From assembly GCF_006345805.1 (NCBI RefSeq), contig NC_043004.1:74028001-74092000 (forward strand): a DNA stretch of 64,000 nucleotides, read 5' to 3'. The stretch is from Octopus sinensis. Taxonomy: Eukaryota. Positions 1 through 15,000 of this stretch are shown one piece after another. The notes under the pieces were generated by a model. The model saw nothing but the letters and a program-made list of their open reading frames with translations. It searched no databases and was not told the DNA's origin. A program made the position numbers and the translations under genes. The stretch's first letter is position 1. Every line of letters begins with the position of its first letter.

Positions 1-3000
1 GAACCAGCAATTATAGAACCATTACTTGCTGACCATTACTCTGGACATATTAAGTAACCTCAGAAATGAAGTATGTACGGTGGGACCATCTAAATTAAGA
101 AGGGAACCCAGCAATTATAGAACCATTACTTGCTGACCATTATCTCTGGACATTATTAAGTAATCTCAGAAGATGAAGTATAAACGGTGGGACCATCTAA
201 TTTAAGAAGGGAACCTAGCAATTATAGAACAATACTTGCTGACCATTACTCTGGACATTATTAAGTAACCCCAGAAGATGAAGTATATACGGTGGGACCA
301 TCTAATTTAAGAAGGGAACCCAGCAATTATAGAAACCATTACTTGCTGACCATTACTCTGGACATTATTAAGTAACCTCAGAAAATGAAGTATATACGGT
401 GGGACCATCTAATTTAAGAAGGGAACCCAGCAATTATAGAACCATTACTTGCTGACCATTACTCTGGACATTATTAAGTAATCTCAGAAGATGAAGTATA
501 TACGGTGGGACCATCTAATTTAAGAAGGGAACAGCAATTATAGAACCATTACTTGCTGACCATTACTCTGGACATTATTAAGTAATCTCAGAAGATGAAG
601 TATAAACGGTGGGACCATCTAATTTAAGAAGGGAACCCAGCAATTATAGAACCATTACTTGCTGACCATTACTCTGGACATTATTAAGTAATCTCAGAAG
701 ATGAAGTATATACGGTGGGACCATCTAATTTAAGAAGGGAACCCAGCAATTATAGAACCATTACTTGCTGACCATTACTCTGGACAATATTAAGTAACCT
801 CAGAAATGAAGTATATACGGTGGGACCATCTAATTTAAGAAGGGAACCCAGCAATTATAGAACCATTACTTGCTGACCATTACTCTGGACATTATTAAGT
901 AATCTCAGAAGATGAAGTATATACGGTGGGACCATCTAATTTAAGAAGGGAACCAGCAATTATAGAACCATTACTTGCTGACCATTACTCTGGACATTAT
1001 TAAGTAATCTCAGAAGATGAAGTATAAACGGTGGGACCATCTAATTTAAGAAGGGAACCAGGAAATTATAGAACCATTACTTGCTGACCATTACTCTGGA
1101 CATTATTAAGTAATCTCAGAAGATGAAGTATATACGGTGGGACCATCTAATTTAAGAAGGGAACCCAGCAATTATAGAACCATTACTTGCTGACCATTAC
1201 TCTGGACATTATTAAGTAATCTCAGAAGATGAAGTATATACGGTGGGACAAACTAATTTAAGAAGGCAACCCAGCAATTATAGAACCATTACTTGCTGAC
1301 CATTACTCTGGACATTATTAGGTAATCTCAGATGATGAAGTATAAACGGTGGGACCATCTAATTTAAGGAGGGAACCCAGCAATTATAGAACCATTACTT
1401 GCTGACCATTACTCTGGACGGGACCATCTAATTTTAGCATTGAACCCAGCAATTATAGAACCATTACTTTCTGACCATTACTCTGGAGATTATTAAATAA
1501 TCTCAAAAGATGAAGTATATTCGGTGGGACCATCTAATTTAAGAAGGGAACAGTCAATTATAGAATCATTACTTGCTGACCATTACTCTGGACATTATTA
1601 AGTAATCTCAGAAGATGAAGTATATACGGTGGGAGCATCTAATTTAAGAAGGGATCCAGCAATTATAGAACCATTACTTGCTGACCATTACTCTGGACTT
1701 ATTAAGTAATCTCAGAAGATGAAGTATATACGGTGGGACCATCTAATTTAAGAAGAGAACCGGCAATTATAGAACCATTACTTGCTGACCATTACTCTGG
1801 ACATTATTAAGTAACCTCAGAAGATGAAGTATATACGGTGGGACCATCTAATTTAAGAAGGGAACCAAGCAATTATAGACCCATTACTCTGGACATTATT
1901 AAGTAACCTCAGAAGATGAAGTATATACGGTGGGACCATCTAATTTAAGAAGGGAACCCAGCAATTATAGAACCATTACTTGCTGACCATTACCTGGACG
2001 TTATTAAGTAACCCAGAAGATGAAGTATATACGGTGGGACCATCTAATTTAAGAAGGGAACCCAGCAATTATAGAACCATTACTTGCTGACCATTACTCT
2101 GGACAATATTAAGTAACCTCAGAAATGAAGTATATACGGTGGGACCATCTAAATTAAGAAGGGAACCCAGCAATTTTAGAACCATTACTTGCTGACCATT
2201 ATCTGGACATTATTAAGTAATCTCAGAAGATGAAGTATAACGGTGGGACCATCTAATTTAAGAAGGGAACCTAGCAATTATAGAAACATTACTTGCTGAC
2301 CATTACCTGGACATTATAAAGTAACCCAGTAGATGAAATATACGGTGGGTCCATCTAATTTAAGAAGGGAACCCAGCAATTATAGACCCATTACTTGCTG
2401 ACCATTACTCTGGACATTAAGTAACCTCAGACAATGAAGTATATACGGTGGGACCATCTAATTTAAGAAGGGAACAGGCAATAATAGAACCATTACTTGC
2501 TGACCATTACTCTGCACATTATTAAGTAATCTCAGAAGATGAAGTATAAACGGTGGGACCAACTAATTTAAGAAGGGAACCCAGCAATTATAGAACCATT
2601 ATTGCTGACCATTACTCTGGATATTAAGTAACCTCAGACAATGAAGTATATACGGTGGGAGCATCTAATTTAAGAAGGGAACCAAGCAATTATAGAACCA
2701 TTACTTGCTGACCATTACTCTGGATATTAAGTAACCTCAGACGATGAAGTATATACGGTGGGACCATCTAATTTAAGAAGGGAACAGGCAATTATAGAAC
2801 CATTACTTGCTGACCATTACTCTGGGCTTTATTAAGTAATCTTAGAAGATGAAGTATATACGGTGGGACCATCTAATTTAAGAAGGGAACAGGCAATTAT
2901 AGACCCATAACTTGCTGACCATTACTCTGGACATTATTAAGTAATCTCAGAAGATGAAGTATATACGGTGGGACCATCTAATTTAAGAAGGGAACCCAGC

Positions 3001-6000
3001 AATTATAGAACCATTACTTGCTGACCATTACTCTGGACATTATTAAGTAATCTCAGAAGATGAAGTATATACGGTGGGACCATCTAATTTAAGAAGGGAA
3101 CCTGGCAATTATAGAACCATTACTTGCTGACCATTACTCTGGACATTATTAAGTAATCTCAGAAGATGAAGTATATACGGTGGGACCATCTAATTTAAGA
3201 AGGGAACCTGGCAATTATAGAACCATTACTTGCTGACCATTACTCTGGACATTATTAAGTAATCTCAGAAGATGAAGTATATACGGTGGGACCATCTAAT
3301 TTAAGAAGGGAACCAGCAATTATAGAACCATTACTTGCTGACCATTACGCTGGGCTTTATTAAGTAATCTCAGAAGATGAAGTATATACGGTGGGACCAT
3401 CTAATTTAAGAAGAGAATCCGGCAATTATAGACCCATTACTTGCTGACCATTACTCTGGACATTATTAAGTAACCTCAGAAGATGAAGTATATACGGTGG
3501 GACCATCTAATTTAAGAAGGGAACCCAGCAATTATAGAACCATTACTTGCTGACCATTACTCTGGACATATTAAGTAACCTCAGAAATGAAGTATATACG
3601 GTGGGACCATCTAATTTAAGAAGGGAACCCAGCAATTTTAGAACCATTACTTGCTGACCATTATTCTGGACATTATTAAGTAATCTCAGAAGATGAAGTA
3701 TAAACGGTGGGACCATCTAATTTAAGGAGGGAACCCAGCAATTGTAGAACCATTACTTGCTGACCATTACTCTGGATGGGACCATCTAATTTTAGAAGGG
3801 AACCCACCAATTATAGAACCATTACTTGCTGACCATTACTCTGGACTTTATTAAATAATCTCAAAAGATGAAGTATATACGGTGGGACCATCTAATTTAA
3901 GAAGGGAACAGTCAATTATAGAATCATTACTTGCTGACCATTACTCTGGACATTATTAAGTAATCACAGAAGATGAAGTATATACGGTGGGACCATCTAA
4001 TTTAAGAAGAGAATCCGGTAATTATAGACCCATTACTTGCTGACCATTACTCTGGACATTATTAAGTAATCTCAGAAGATGAAGTATATACGGTGGGACC
4101 ATCTAATTTAAGAAGGGAACCAGCAATTATAGAACCATTGCTTGCTGACCATTACTCTGGACATTATTAAGTAATCTCAGAAGATGAAGTATATACGGTG
4201 GGACCATCTAATTTAAGAAGAGAATCCGGCAATTATAGACCCATTACTTGCTGACCATTACTCTGGACATTATTAAGTAACCTCAGAAGATGAAGTATAT
4301 ACGGTGGGACCATCTAATTTAAGAAGGGAACCAAGCAATTATAGACCCATTACTCTGGACATTATTAAGTAACCTCAGAAGATGAAGTATATACGGTGGG
4401 ACCATCTAATTTAAGAAGGAACCCAGCAATTATAGAACCATTACTTGCTGACCATTACTCTGGACATTATTAAGTAACCCAGAAGATGAAGTATATACGG
4501 TGGGACCATCTAATTTAAGAAGGGAACCCAGCAATTATAGAACCATTACTTGCTGACCATACTCTGGACAATATTAAGTAACCTCAGAAAATGAAGTATA
4601 TACGGTGGGACCATATAATTAAGAAGGGAACCCAGCAATTATAGAACCATTACTTGCTGACCATTACTCTGGACATTATTAAGTAATCTCAGAAGATGAA
4701 GTATAACGGTGGGACCATCTAATTTAAGAAGGGAACCTAGCAATTATAGAACCATTACTTGCTGACCATTACTCTGGACATTATTAAGTAACCTCAGAAA
4801 TGAAGTATATACGGTGGGACCATCTAATTTAAGAAGGGAACCCAGCAATTATAGAACCATTACTTGCTGACCATTACTCTGGACATTAATAAGTAATCTC
4901 AGAAGATGAAGTATATACGGTGGGACCATCTAATTTAAGAAGGGAACCAGCAATTATAGAACCATTACTTGCTGACCATTACTCTGGACATTATTAAGTA
5001 ATCTCAGAAGATGAAGTATAAACGGTGGGACCATCTAATTTAAGAGGGAACCAAGCAATTATAGAACCATTACTTGCTGACCATTACTCTGGACATTATT
5101 AAGTAATCTCAGAAGATGAAGTATATACGGTGGGACCATCTAATTTAAGAAGGGAACCCAGCAATTATAGAACCATTACTTGCTGACCATTACTCTGGAC
5201 ATTATTAAGTAATCTCAGAAGATGAAGTATATACGGTGGGACCAACTAATTTAAGAAGGGAACCCAGCAATTATAGAACCATTACTTGCTGACCATTACT
5301 CTGGACATTATTAGTAATCTCAGAAGATGAAGTATAACGGTGGGACCATCTAATTTAAGGGGGAACCCAGCAATTATAGAACCATTACTTGCTGACCATT
5401 ACTCTGGACGGGACCATCTAATTTTAGAAGGGAACCCAGCAATTATAGAACCATTACTTGCTGACCATTACTCTGGACATTATTAAGTAATCTCAAAAGA
5501 TGAAGTATATACGGTGGGACCATCTAATTTAAGAAGGGAACAGCAATTATAGAACCATTACTTGCTGACCATTACTCTGGACATTATTAAGTAATCTCAG
5601 AAGATGAAGTATATACGGTGGGACCATCTAATTTAAGAAGGGAACCAGCAATTATAGAACCATTACTTGCTGACCATTACTCTGGACATTATTAAGTAAT
5701 CTCAGAAGATGAAGTATATACGGTGGGACCATCTAATTTAAGAAGGGAACCGGCAATTATAGACCCATTACTTGCTGACCATTACTCTGGACATTATTAA
5801 GTAACCTCAGAAGATGAAGTATATACGGTGGGACCATCTAATTTAAGAAGGGAACCCAGCAATTATAGACCCATTACTCTGGACATTATTAAGTAACCTC
5901 AGAAGATGAAGTATATACGGTGGGACAATCTAATTTAAGAAGGGAACCCAGCAATTATAGAACCATTACTTGCTGACCATTACTCTGGACATTATTAAGT

Positions 6001-9000
6001 AACCCAGAAGATGAAGTATATACGGTGGGACCATCTAATTTAAGAAGGGAACCCAGCAATTATAGAACCATTACTTGCTGACCATTACCCTGGACGTTAT
6101 TAAGTAACCTCAGAAGATGAAATATATACGGTGGGACCATCTAATTTAAGAAGGGAACCCAGCAATTATAGAACCATTACTTGCTGACCATTACTCTGGA
6201 CATTATTAAGTAACCTCAGAAGATGAAGTATATACGGTGGGACCATCTAATTTAAGAAGGGAACCCAGCAATTATAGAACCATTACTTGCTGACCATTAC
6301 CTGGACATTATTAAGTAACCTCAGTAGATGAAGTATATACGGTGGGACCATCTAATTTAAGAAGGGAACCCAGCAATTATAGAACCATTACTTGCTGACC
6401 ATTACTCTGGACATTATTAAGTAACCTCAGAAATGAAGTATATACGGTGGGACCATCTAATTAAGAAGGGAACCCAGCAATTATAGAACCATTACTTGCT
6501 GACCATTACTCTGGACATTATTAAGTAATCTCAGAAGATGAAGTATAACGGTGGGACCATCTAATTTAAGAAGGGAACCTAGCAATTATAGAAACATTAC
6601 TTGCTGACCATTACTCTGGACATTATTAAGTAATCTCAGAAGATGAAGTATATACGGTGGGACCATCTAATTTAAGAAGGGAACCAAGCAATTATAGAAC
6701 CATTACTTGCTGACCATTACTCTGGACATTAAGTAACTCAGAAATGAAGTATATACGGTGGGACCATCTAATTTAAGAAGGGAACAGGCAATTATAGAAC
6801 CATTACTTGCTGACCATTACTCTGGACATTATTAAGTAATCTCAGAAGATGAAGTATATACGGTGGGACCATCTAATTTAAGAAGGGAACCCAGCAATTA
6901 TAGAACCATTACTTGCTGACCATTACTCTGGACATTAAGTAACCTCAGAAGATGAAGTATATACGGTGGGACCATCTAATTTAAGAAGGGAACCAAGCAA
7001 TTATAGAACCATTACTTGCTGACCATTACTCTGGACATATTAAGTAATCTCAGAAGATGAAGTATATACGGTGGGACCATCTAATTTAAGAAGGGAACAG
7101 CAATTATAGAACCATTACTTGCTGACCATTACTCTGGACATTATTAAGTAACTCAGAAGATGAAGTATATACGGTGGGACCATCTAATTTAAGAAGGGAA
7201 CCCAGCAATTATAGAACCATTACTTGCTGACCATTACTCTGGACATATTAAGTAATCCTCAGAAGATGAAGTATATACGGTGGGACCATCTAATTTAAGA
7301 AGGGAACCCAGCAATTATAGAACCATTACTTGCTGACCATTACTCTGGACATTATTAAGTAATCTCAGAAGATGAAGTATAACGGTGGGACCATCTAATT
7401 TAAGAAGGGAACCCAGCAATTATAGAACCATTACTTGCTGACCATTACTCTGGATGGGACCATCTAATTTTAGAAGGGAACCCAGCAATTATAGAACCAT
7501 TACTTGCTGACCATTACTCTGGACATTATTAAGTAATCTCAAAAGATGAAGTATATACGGTGGGACCATCTAATTTAAGAAGGAACCGCAATTATAGACC
7601 ATTACTTGCTGACCATTACTCTGGACATTATTAAGTAACCTCAGAAGATGAAGTATATACGGTGGGACCATCTAATTTAAGAAGGGAACCAAGCAATTAT
7701 AGAACCCATTACTCTGGACATTATTAAGTAACCTCAGAAGATGAAGTATATACGGTGGGACCATCTAATTTAAGAAGGGAACCCAGCAATTATAGAACCA
7801 TTACTTGCTGACCATTACCCTGGACATTATTAAGTAACCCCAGAAGATGAAGTATATACGGTGGGACCATCTAATTTAAGAAGGGAACCCAGCAATTATA
7901 GAACCATTACTTGCTGACCATTACTCTGGACATATTAAGTAACCTCAGAAATGAAGTATATACGGTGGGACCATATAATTTAAGAAGGGAACCCAGCAAT
8001 TATAGAACCATTACTTGCTGACCATTACTCTGGACATTATTAAGTAATCTCAGAAGATGAAGTATAACGGTGGGACCATCTAATTTAAGAAGGGAACCTA
8101 GCAATTATAGAACCATTACTTGCTGACCATTACTCTGGACATTATTAAGTAACCAGAAGATGAAGTATATACGGTGGGACCATCTAATTTAAGAAGGGAA
8201 CCCAGCAATTATAGAACCATTACTTGCTGACCATTACTCTGGACGGGACCATCTAATTTTAGAAGGGAACCAGCAATTATAGAACCATTACTTGCTGACC
8301 ATTACTCTGGACATTATTAAGTAATCTCAGAAGATGAAGTATATACGGTGGGACCATCTAATTTAAGAAGGGAACAGCAATTATAGAACCATTACTTGCT
8401 GACCATTACTCTGGACATTATTAAGTAACCTCAGAAGATGAAGTATATACGGTGGGACCATCTAATTTAAGAAGGGAACAGGCAATTATAGAACCATTAC
8501 TTGCTGACCATTACTCTGGACATTATTAAGTAACCTCAGAAGATGAAGTATATACGGTGGGACCATCTAATTTAAGAAGGGAACAGCAATTATAGAACCA
8601 TTACTTGCTGACCATTACTCTGGACATTATTAAGTAATCTCAGAAGATGAAGTATATACGGTGGGACCATCTAATTTAAGAAGGGAACAGGCAATTATAG
8701 AACCATTACTTGCTGACCATTACTCTGGACATTATTAAGTAATCTCAGAAGATGAAGTATAATGGTGGGACCATCTAATTTAAGAAGGGAACCCAGCAAT
8801 TATAGAACCATTACTTGCTGACCATTACTCTGGACATTATTAAGTAACTCAGAAGATGAAGTATATACGGTGGGACCATCTAATTTAAGAAGGGAACCCA
8901 GCAATTATAGAACCATTACTTGCTGACCATTACTCTGGACATTATAAGTAACCTCAGAAAATGAAGTATATACGGTGGGACCATCTAATTTAAGAAGGGA

Positions 9001-12000
9001 ACCCAGCAATTATAGAACCATTACTTGCTGACCATTACTCTGGACATTATTAAGTAATCTCAGAAGATGAAGTATATACGGTGGGACCATCTAATTTAAG
9101 AAGGGAACCAGCAATTATAGAACCATTACTTGCTGACCATTACTCTGGACATTATTAAGTAATCTCAGAAGATGAAGTATAACGGTGGGACCATCTAATT
9201 TAAGGGGAACCAAGCAATTATAGAACCATTACTTGCTGACCATTACTCTGGACATTATTAAGTAATCTCAGAAGATGAAGTATATACGGTGGGACCATCT
9301 AATTTAAGAAGGGAACCCAGCAATTATAGAACCATTACTTGCTGACCATTACTCTGGACATTATTAAGTAATCTCAGAAGATGAAGTATATACGGTGGGA
9401 CCATCTAATTTAAGAAGGGAACCCAGCAATTATAGAACCATTACTTGCTGACCATTACTCTGGACATTATTAAGTAATCTCAGAAGATGAAGTATATACG
9501 GTGGGACCATCTAATTTAAGAAGGGAACCCAGCAATTATAGAACCATTACTTGCTGACCATTACTCTGGACATTATTAAGTAATCTCAGAAGATGAAGTA
9601 TATACGGTGGGACCATCTAATTTAAGAAGGGAACCCAGCAATTATAGAACCATTACTTGCTGACCATTACTCTGGACATTATTAAGTAATCTCAGAAGAT
9701 GAAGTATAACGGTGGGACCATCTAATTTAAGAAGGGAACCCAGCAATTATAGAACCATTACTTGCTGACCATTACTCTGGACATTATTAAGTAATCTCAA
9801 AGATGAAGTATATACGGTGGGACCATCTAATTTAAGAAGGGAACCCAGCAATTATAGAACCATTACTTGCTGACCATTACTCTGGACATTATTAAGTAAT
9901 CTCAGAAGATGAAGTATAAACGGTGGGACCATCTAATTTAAGAAGGGAACAGGCAATTATAGAACCATTACTTGCTGACCATTACTCTGGACATTAAGTA
10001 ACCTCAGACGATGAAGTATATACGGTGGGACCATCTAATTTAAGAAGGGAACAGGCAATTATAGAACCATTACTTGCTGACCATTACTCTGGACATTATT
10101 AAGTAATCTCAGAAGATGAAGTATATACGGTGGGACCATCTAATTTAAGAAGGGAACCCAGCAATTATAGAACCATTACTTGCTGACCATTACTCTGGAC
10201 ATTATTAAGTACCTCAGAAGATGAAGTATATACGGTGGGACCATCTAATTTAAGAAGGGAACCCAGCAATTATAGAACCATTACTTGCTGACCATTACTC
10301 TGGACATTATTAAGTAACCTCAGAAATGAAGTATATACGGTGGGACCATCTAATTTAAGAAGGGAACCCAGCAATTTAGAACCATTACTTGCTGACCATT
10401 ACTCTGGACATTATTAAGTAATCTCAGAAGATGAAGTATAAACGGTGGGACCATCTAATTTAAGAAGGGAACCCAGCAATTATAGAACCATTACTTGCTG
10501 ACCATTACTCTGGACATTATTAAGTAACCTCAGAAGATGAAGTATATACGGTGGGACCATCTAATTTAAGAAGGGAACCCAGCAATTATAGAACCATTAC
10601 TTGCTGACCATTACTCTGGACATTATTAAGTAATCTCAGAAGATGAAGTATATACGGTGGGACCATCTAATTTAAGGAGGGAACCCAGCAATTATAGAAC
10701 CATTACTTGCTGACCATTACTCTGGACATTATTAAGTAATCTCAGAAGATGAAGTATATACGGTGGGACCATCTAATTTAAGAAGGGAACCTAGCAATTA
10801 TAGAACCATTACTTGCTGACCATTACTCTGGACATTATTAAGTAATCTCAGAAGATGAAGTATATACGGTGGGACCATCTAATTTAAGAAGGGAACCAAG
10901 CAATTATAGAACCATTACTTGCTGACCATTACTCTGGACATTATTAAGTAATCTCAGAAGATGAAGTATATACGGTGGGACCATCTAATTTAAGAAGGGA
11001 ACCCAGCAATTATAGAACCATTACTTGCTGACCATTACTCTGGACATTTTAAGTAATCCAGAAGATGAAGTATATACGGTGGGACCATCTAATTTAAGAA
11101 GGGAACCCAGCAATTATAGAACCATTACTTGCTGACCATTACTCTGGACATTATTAAGTAACCTCAGAAGATGAAGTATATACGGTGGGACCATCTAATT
11201 TAAGAAGGGAACCCAGCAATTATAGAACCATTACTTGCTGACCATTACTCTGGACATTATTAAGTAATCTCAGAAGATGAAGTATATACGGTGGGACCAT
11301 CTAATTTAAGAAGGGAACAGGCAATTATAGAACCATTACTTGCTGACCATTACTCTGGGCTTTATTAAGTAATCTCAGAAGATGAAGTATATACGGTGGG
11401 ACCATCTAATTTAAGAAGGGAAGCCAGCATTTATAGACACATTACTTGCTGACCATTACTCTGGGCTTTATTAAGTAATCTCAGAAGATGAAGTATATAC
11501 GGTGGGACCATCTAATTTAAGAAGGGAACCGGCAATTATAGAACCCATTACTTGCTGACCATTACTCTGGACATTATTAAGTAATCTCAGAAGATGAAGT
11601 ATATACGGTGGGACCATCTAATTTAAGAAGGGAACCAAGCAATTATAGACCATTACTCTGGACATTATTAAGTAACCTCAGAAGATGAAGTATATACGGT
11701 GGGACCATCTAATTTAAGAAGGGAACCCAGCAATTATAGAACCATTACTTGCTGACCATTACCCTGGACATTATTAAGTAACCCCAGTAGATGAAGTATA
11801 TACGGTGGGACCATCTAATTTAAGAAGGGAACCCAGCAATTATAGAACCATTACTTGCTGACCATTACTCTGGACAATATTAAGTAACCTCAGAAAATGA
11901 AGTATGTACGGTGGGACCATATAATTTAAGAAGGGAACCCAGCAATTATAGAACCATTACTTGCTGACCATTACTCTGGACATTATTAAGTAATCTCAGA

Positions 12001-15000
12001 AGATGAAGTATAACGGTGGGACCATCTAATTTAAGAAGGGAACCTAGCAATTATAGAACATTACTTGCTGACCATTACTCTGGACATTATTAAGTAACCT
12101 CAGAAGATGAAGTATATACGGTGGGACCATCTAATTTAAGAAGGGAACCCAGCAATTATAGAACCATTACTTGCTGACCATTACTCTGGACATTATTAAG
12201 TAATCTCAGAAGATGAAGTATATACGGTGGGACCATCTAATTTAAGAAGGGAACCCACCAATTATAGACCATTTACTCTGGGCATTATTAAGTAATCTCA
12301 GAAGATGAAGTATATACGGTGGGACCATCTAATTTAAGAAGGGAACCAGCAATTATAGAACCATTACTTGCTGACCATTACTCTGGACATTATTAAGTAA
12401 TCTCAGAAGATGAAGTATATACGGTGGGACCATCTAATTTAAGAAGGGAACCCAGCAATTATAGAACCATTACTTGCTGACCATTACTCTGGACATTATT
12501 AAGTAATCTCAGAAGATGAAGTATATACGGTGGGACCATCTAATTTAAGAAGGGAACCAGCAATTTTAGAACCATTACTTGCTGACCATTACTCTGGACA
12601 ATATTAAGTAACCTCAGAAGATGAAGTATATACGGTGGGACCATCTAATTTAAGAAGGGAACCCAGCAATTATAGAACCATTACTTGCTGACCATTACTC
12701 TGGACATTATTAAGTAACCTCAGAAGATGAAGTATATACGGTGGGACCATCTAATTTAAGAAGGGAACCCAGCAATTATAGAACCATTACTTGCTGACCA
12801 TTACTCTGGACATTATTAAGTAATCTCAGAAGATGAAGTATATACGGTGGGACCATCTAATTTAAGAAGGGAACAGCAATTATAGAACCATTACTTGCTG
12901 ACCATTACTCTGGACATTATTAAGTAATCTCAGAAGATGAAGTATATACGGTGGGACCATCTAATTTAAGAAGGGAACAGGCAATTATAGAACCATTACT
13001 TGCTGACCATTACTCTGGACATTATTAAGTAATCTCAGAAGATGAAGTATAAACGGTGGGACCATCTAATTTAAGAAGGGAACCCAGCAATTATAGAACC
13101 ATTACTTGCTGACCATTACTCTGGACATTATTAAGTAACCCCAGAAGATGAAGTATATACGGTGGGACCATCTAATTTAAGAAGGGAACCCAGCAATTAT
13201 AGAACCATTACTTGCTGACCATTACTCTGGACATTATTAAGTAATCTCAGAAGATGAAGTATATACGGTGGGACCATCTAATTTAAGAAGGGAACCTAGC
13301 AATTATAGAACCATTACTTGCTGACCATTACTCTGGACATTATTAAGTAATCTCAGAAGATGAAGTATAAACGGTGGGACCATCTAATTTAAGAAGGGAA
13401 CCAAGCAATTATAGAACCATTACTTGCTGACCATTACTCTGGACATTATTAAGTAATCTCAGAAGATGAAGTATATACGGTGGGACCATCTAATTTAAGA
13501 AGGGAACCCAGCAATTATAGAACCATTACTTGCTGACCATTATTCTGGACATTATTAAGTAATCTCAGAAGATGAAGTATATACTGTGGGACAAACTAAT
13601 TTAAGAAGGCAACCCAGCAATTATAGAACCATTACTTACTGACCATTACTCTGGACATTATTAGGTAATCTCAGATGATGAAGTATAAACGGTGGGACCA
13701 TCTAATTTAAGGAGGGAACCCAGCAAATATAGAACCATTACTTGCTGACCATTACTCTGGACGGGACTATCTAATTTCAGAATTGACCCCAGCAATTATA
13801 GAACCATTACTTGCTGACCATTACTCTGGAGATTATTAAATAATCTCAAAGATGAAGTATATACGGTGGGACCATCTAATTTAAGAAGGGAACAGTCAAT
13901 TATAGAATCATTACTTGCTGACCATTACTCTGGACATTATTAAGTAATCTCAGAAGATGAAGTATATACGGTGGGACCATCTAATTTAAGAAGGGAACCA
14001 GCAATTATAGAACCATTGCTTGCTGACCATTACGCTGGGTTTTATTAAGTAATCTCAGAAGATGAAGTATATACGGTGGGACCATCTAATTTAAGAAGGG
14101 AACCCAGCAATTATAGAACCATTACTTGCTGACCATTACTCTGGACATTTTAAGTAATCCCAGAAGATGAAGTATATACGGTGGGACCATCTAATTTAAG
14201 AAGGGAACCCAGCAATTATAGAACCATTACTTGCTGACCATTACTCTGGACATTATTAAGTAACCTCAGAAGATGAAGTATATACGGTGGGACCATCTAA
14301 TTTAAGAAGGGAACCCACAATTATAGAACCATTACTTGCTGACCATTACTCTGGACATTATTAAGTAATCTCAGAAGATGAAGTATATACGGTGGGACCA
14401 TCTAATTTAAGAAGGGAACAGCAATTATAGAACCATTACTTGCTGACCATTACTCTGGACATTATTAAGTAATCTCAGAAGATGAAGTATAAACGGTGGG
14501 ACCATCTAATTTAAGAAGGGAAAAGGCAATTATAGAACCATTACTTGCTGACAATTACTCTGGACATTATTAAGTAATCTCAGAAGATGAAGTATGTACG
14601 GTGGGACCATCTAATTTAAGAAGGGAACCAGCAATTATAGAACCATTGCTTGCTGACCATTACGTTGGGCTTTATTATGTAATCTCAGAAGATGAAGTAT
14701 ATAGGGTGGGACCATCTAATTTAAGAAGAGAACCGGCAATTATAGAACCATTACTTGCTGACCATTACTCTGGACATTATTAAGTAACCTCAGAAGATGA
14801 AGTATATACGGTGGGACCATCTAATAAGAAGGGAACCAAGCAATTATAGACCATTACTCTGGACATTATTAAGTAACCTCAGAAGATGAAGTATATACGG
14901 TGGGACCATCTAATTTAAGAAGGGAACCCAGCAATTATAGAACCATTACTTGCTGACCATTACCTGGACGTTATTAAGTAACCCAGAGATGAAGTATATA

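Noticed and set aside
631-736. Hammerhead, tRNA or 5S origin of the monomer (as in ribozyme-bearing satellites)
   Set aside because: No CUGANGA...GAAA on either strand (nearest are CAGAAGA, CUGACCA and CUGAGAU). No recognisable A/B boxes or cloverleaf.
14601-14783. ORFs made of satellite monomers (also 27010-27222 + and 33594-33785 -); peptide SEDEVYTVGPSNLRREPAIIEPLLADHYSGHY
   Set aside because: The consensus is 106 bp, so the frame shifts every unit, and it carries TAA in that frame. Longer ORFs arise only where chance variants remove a stop. One stop per 35 codons is unremarkable.
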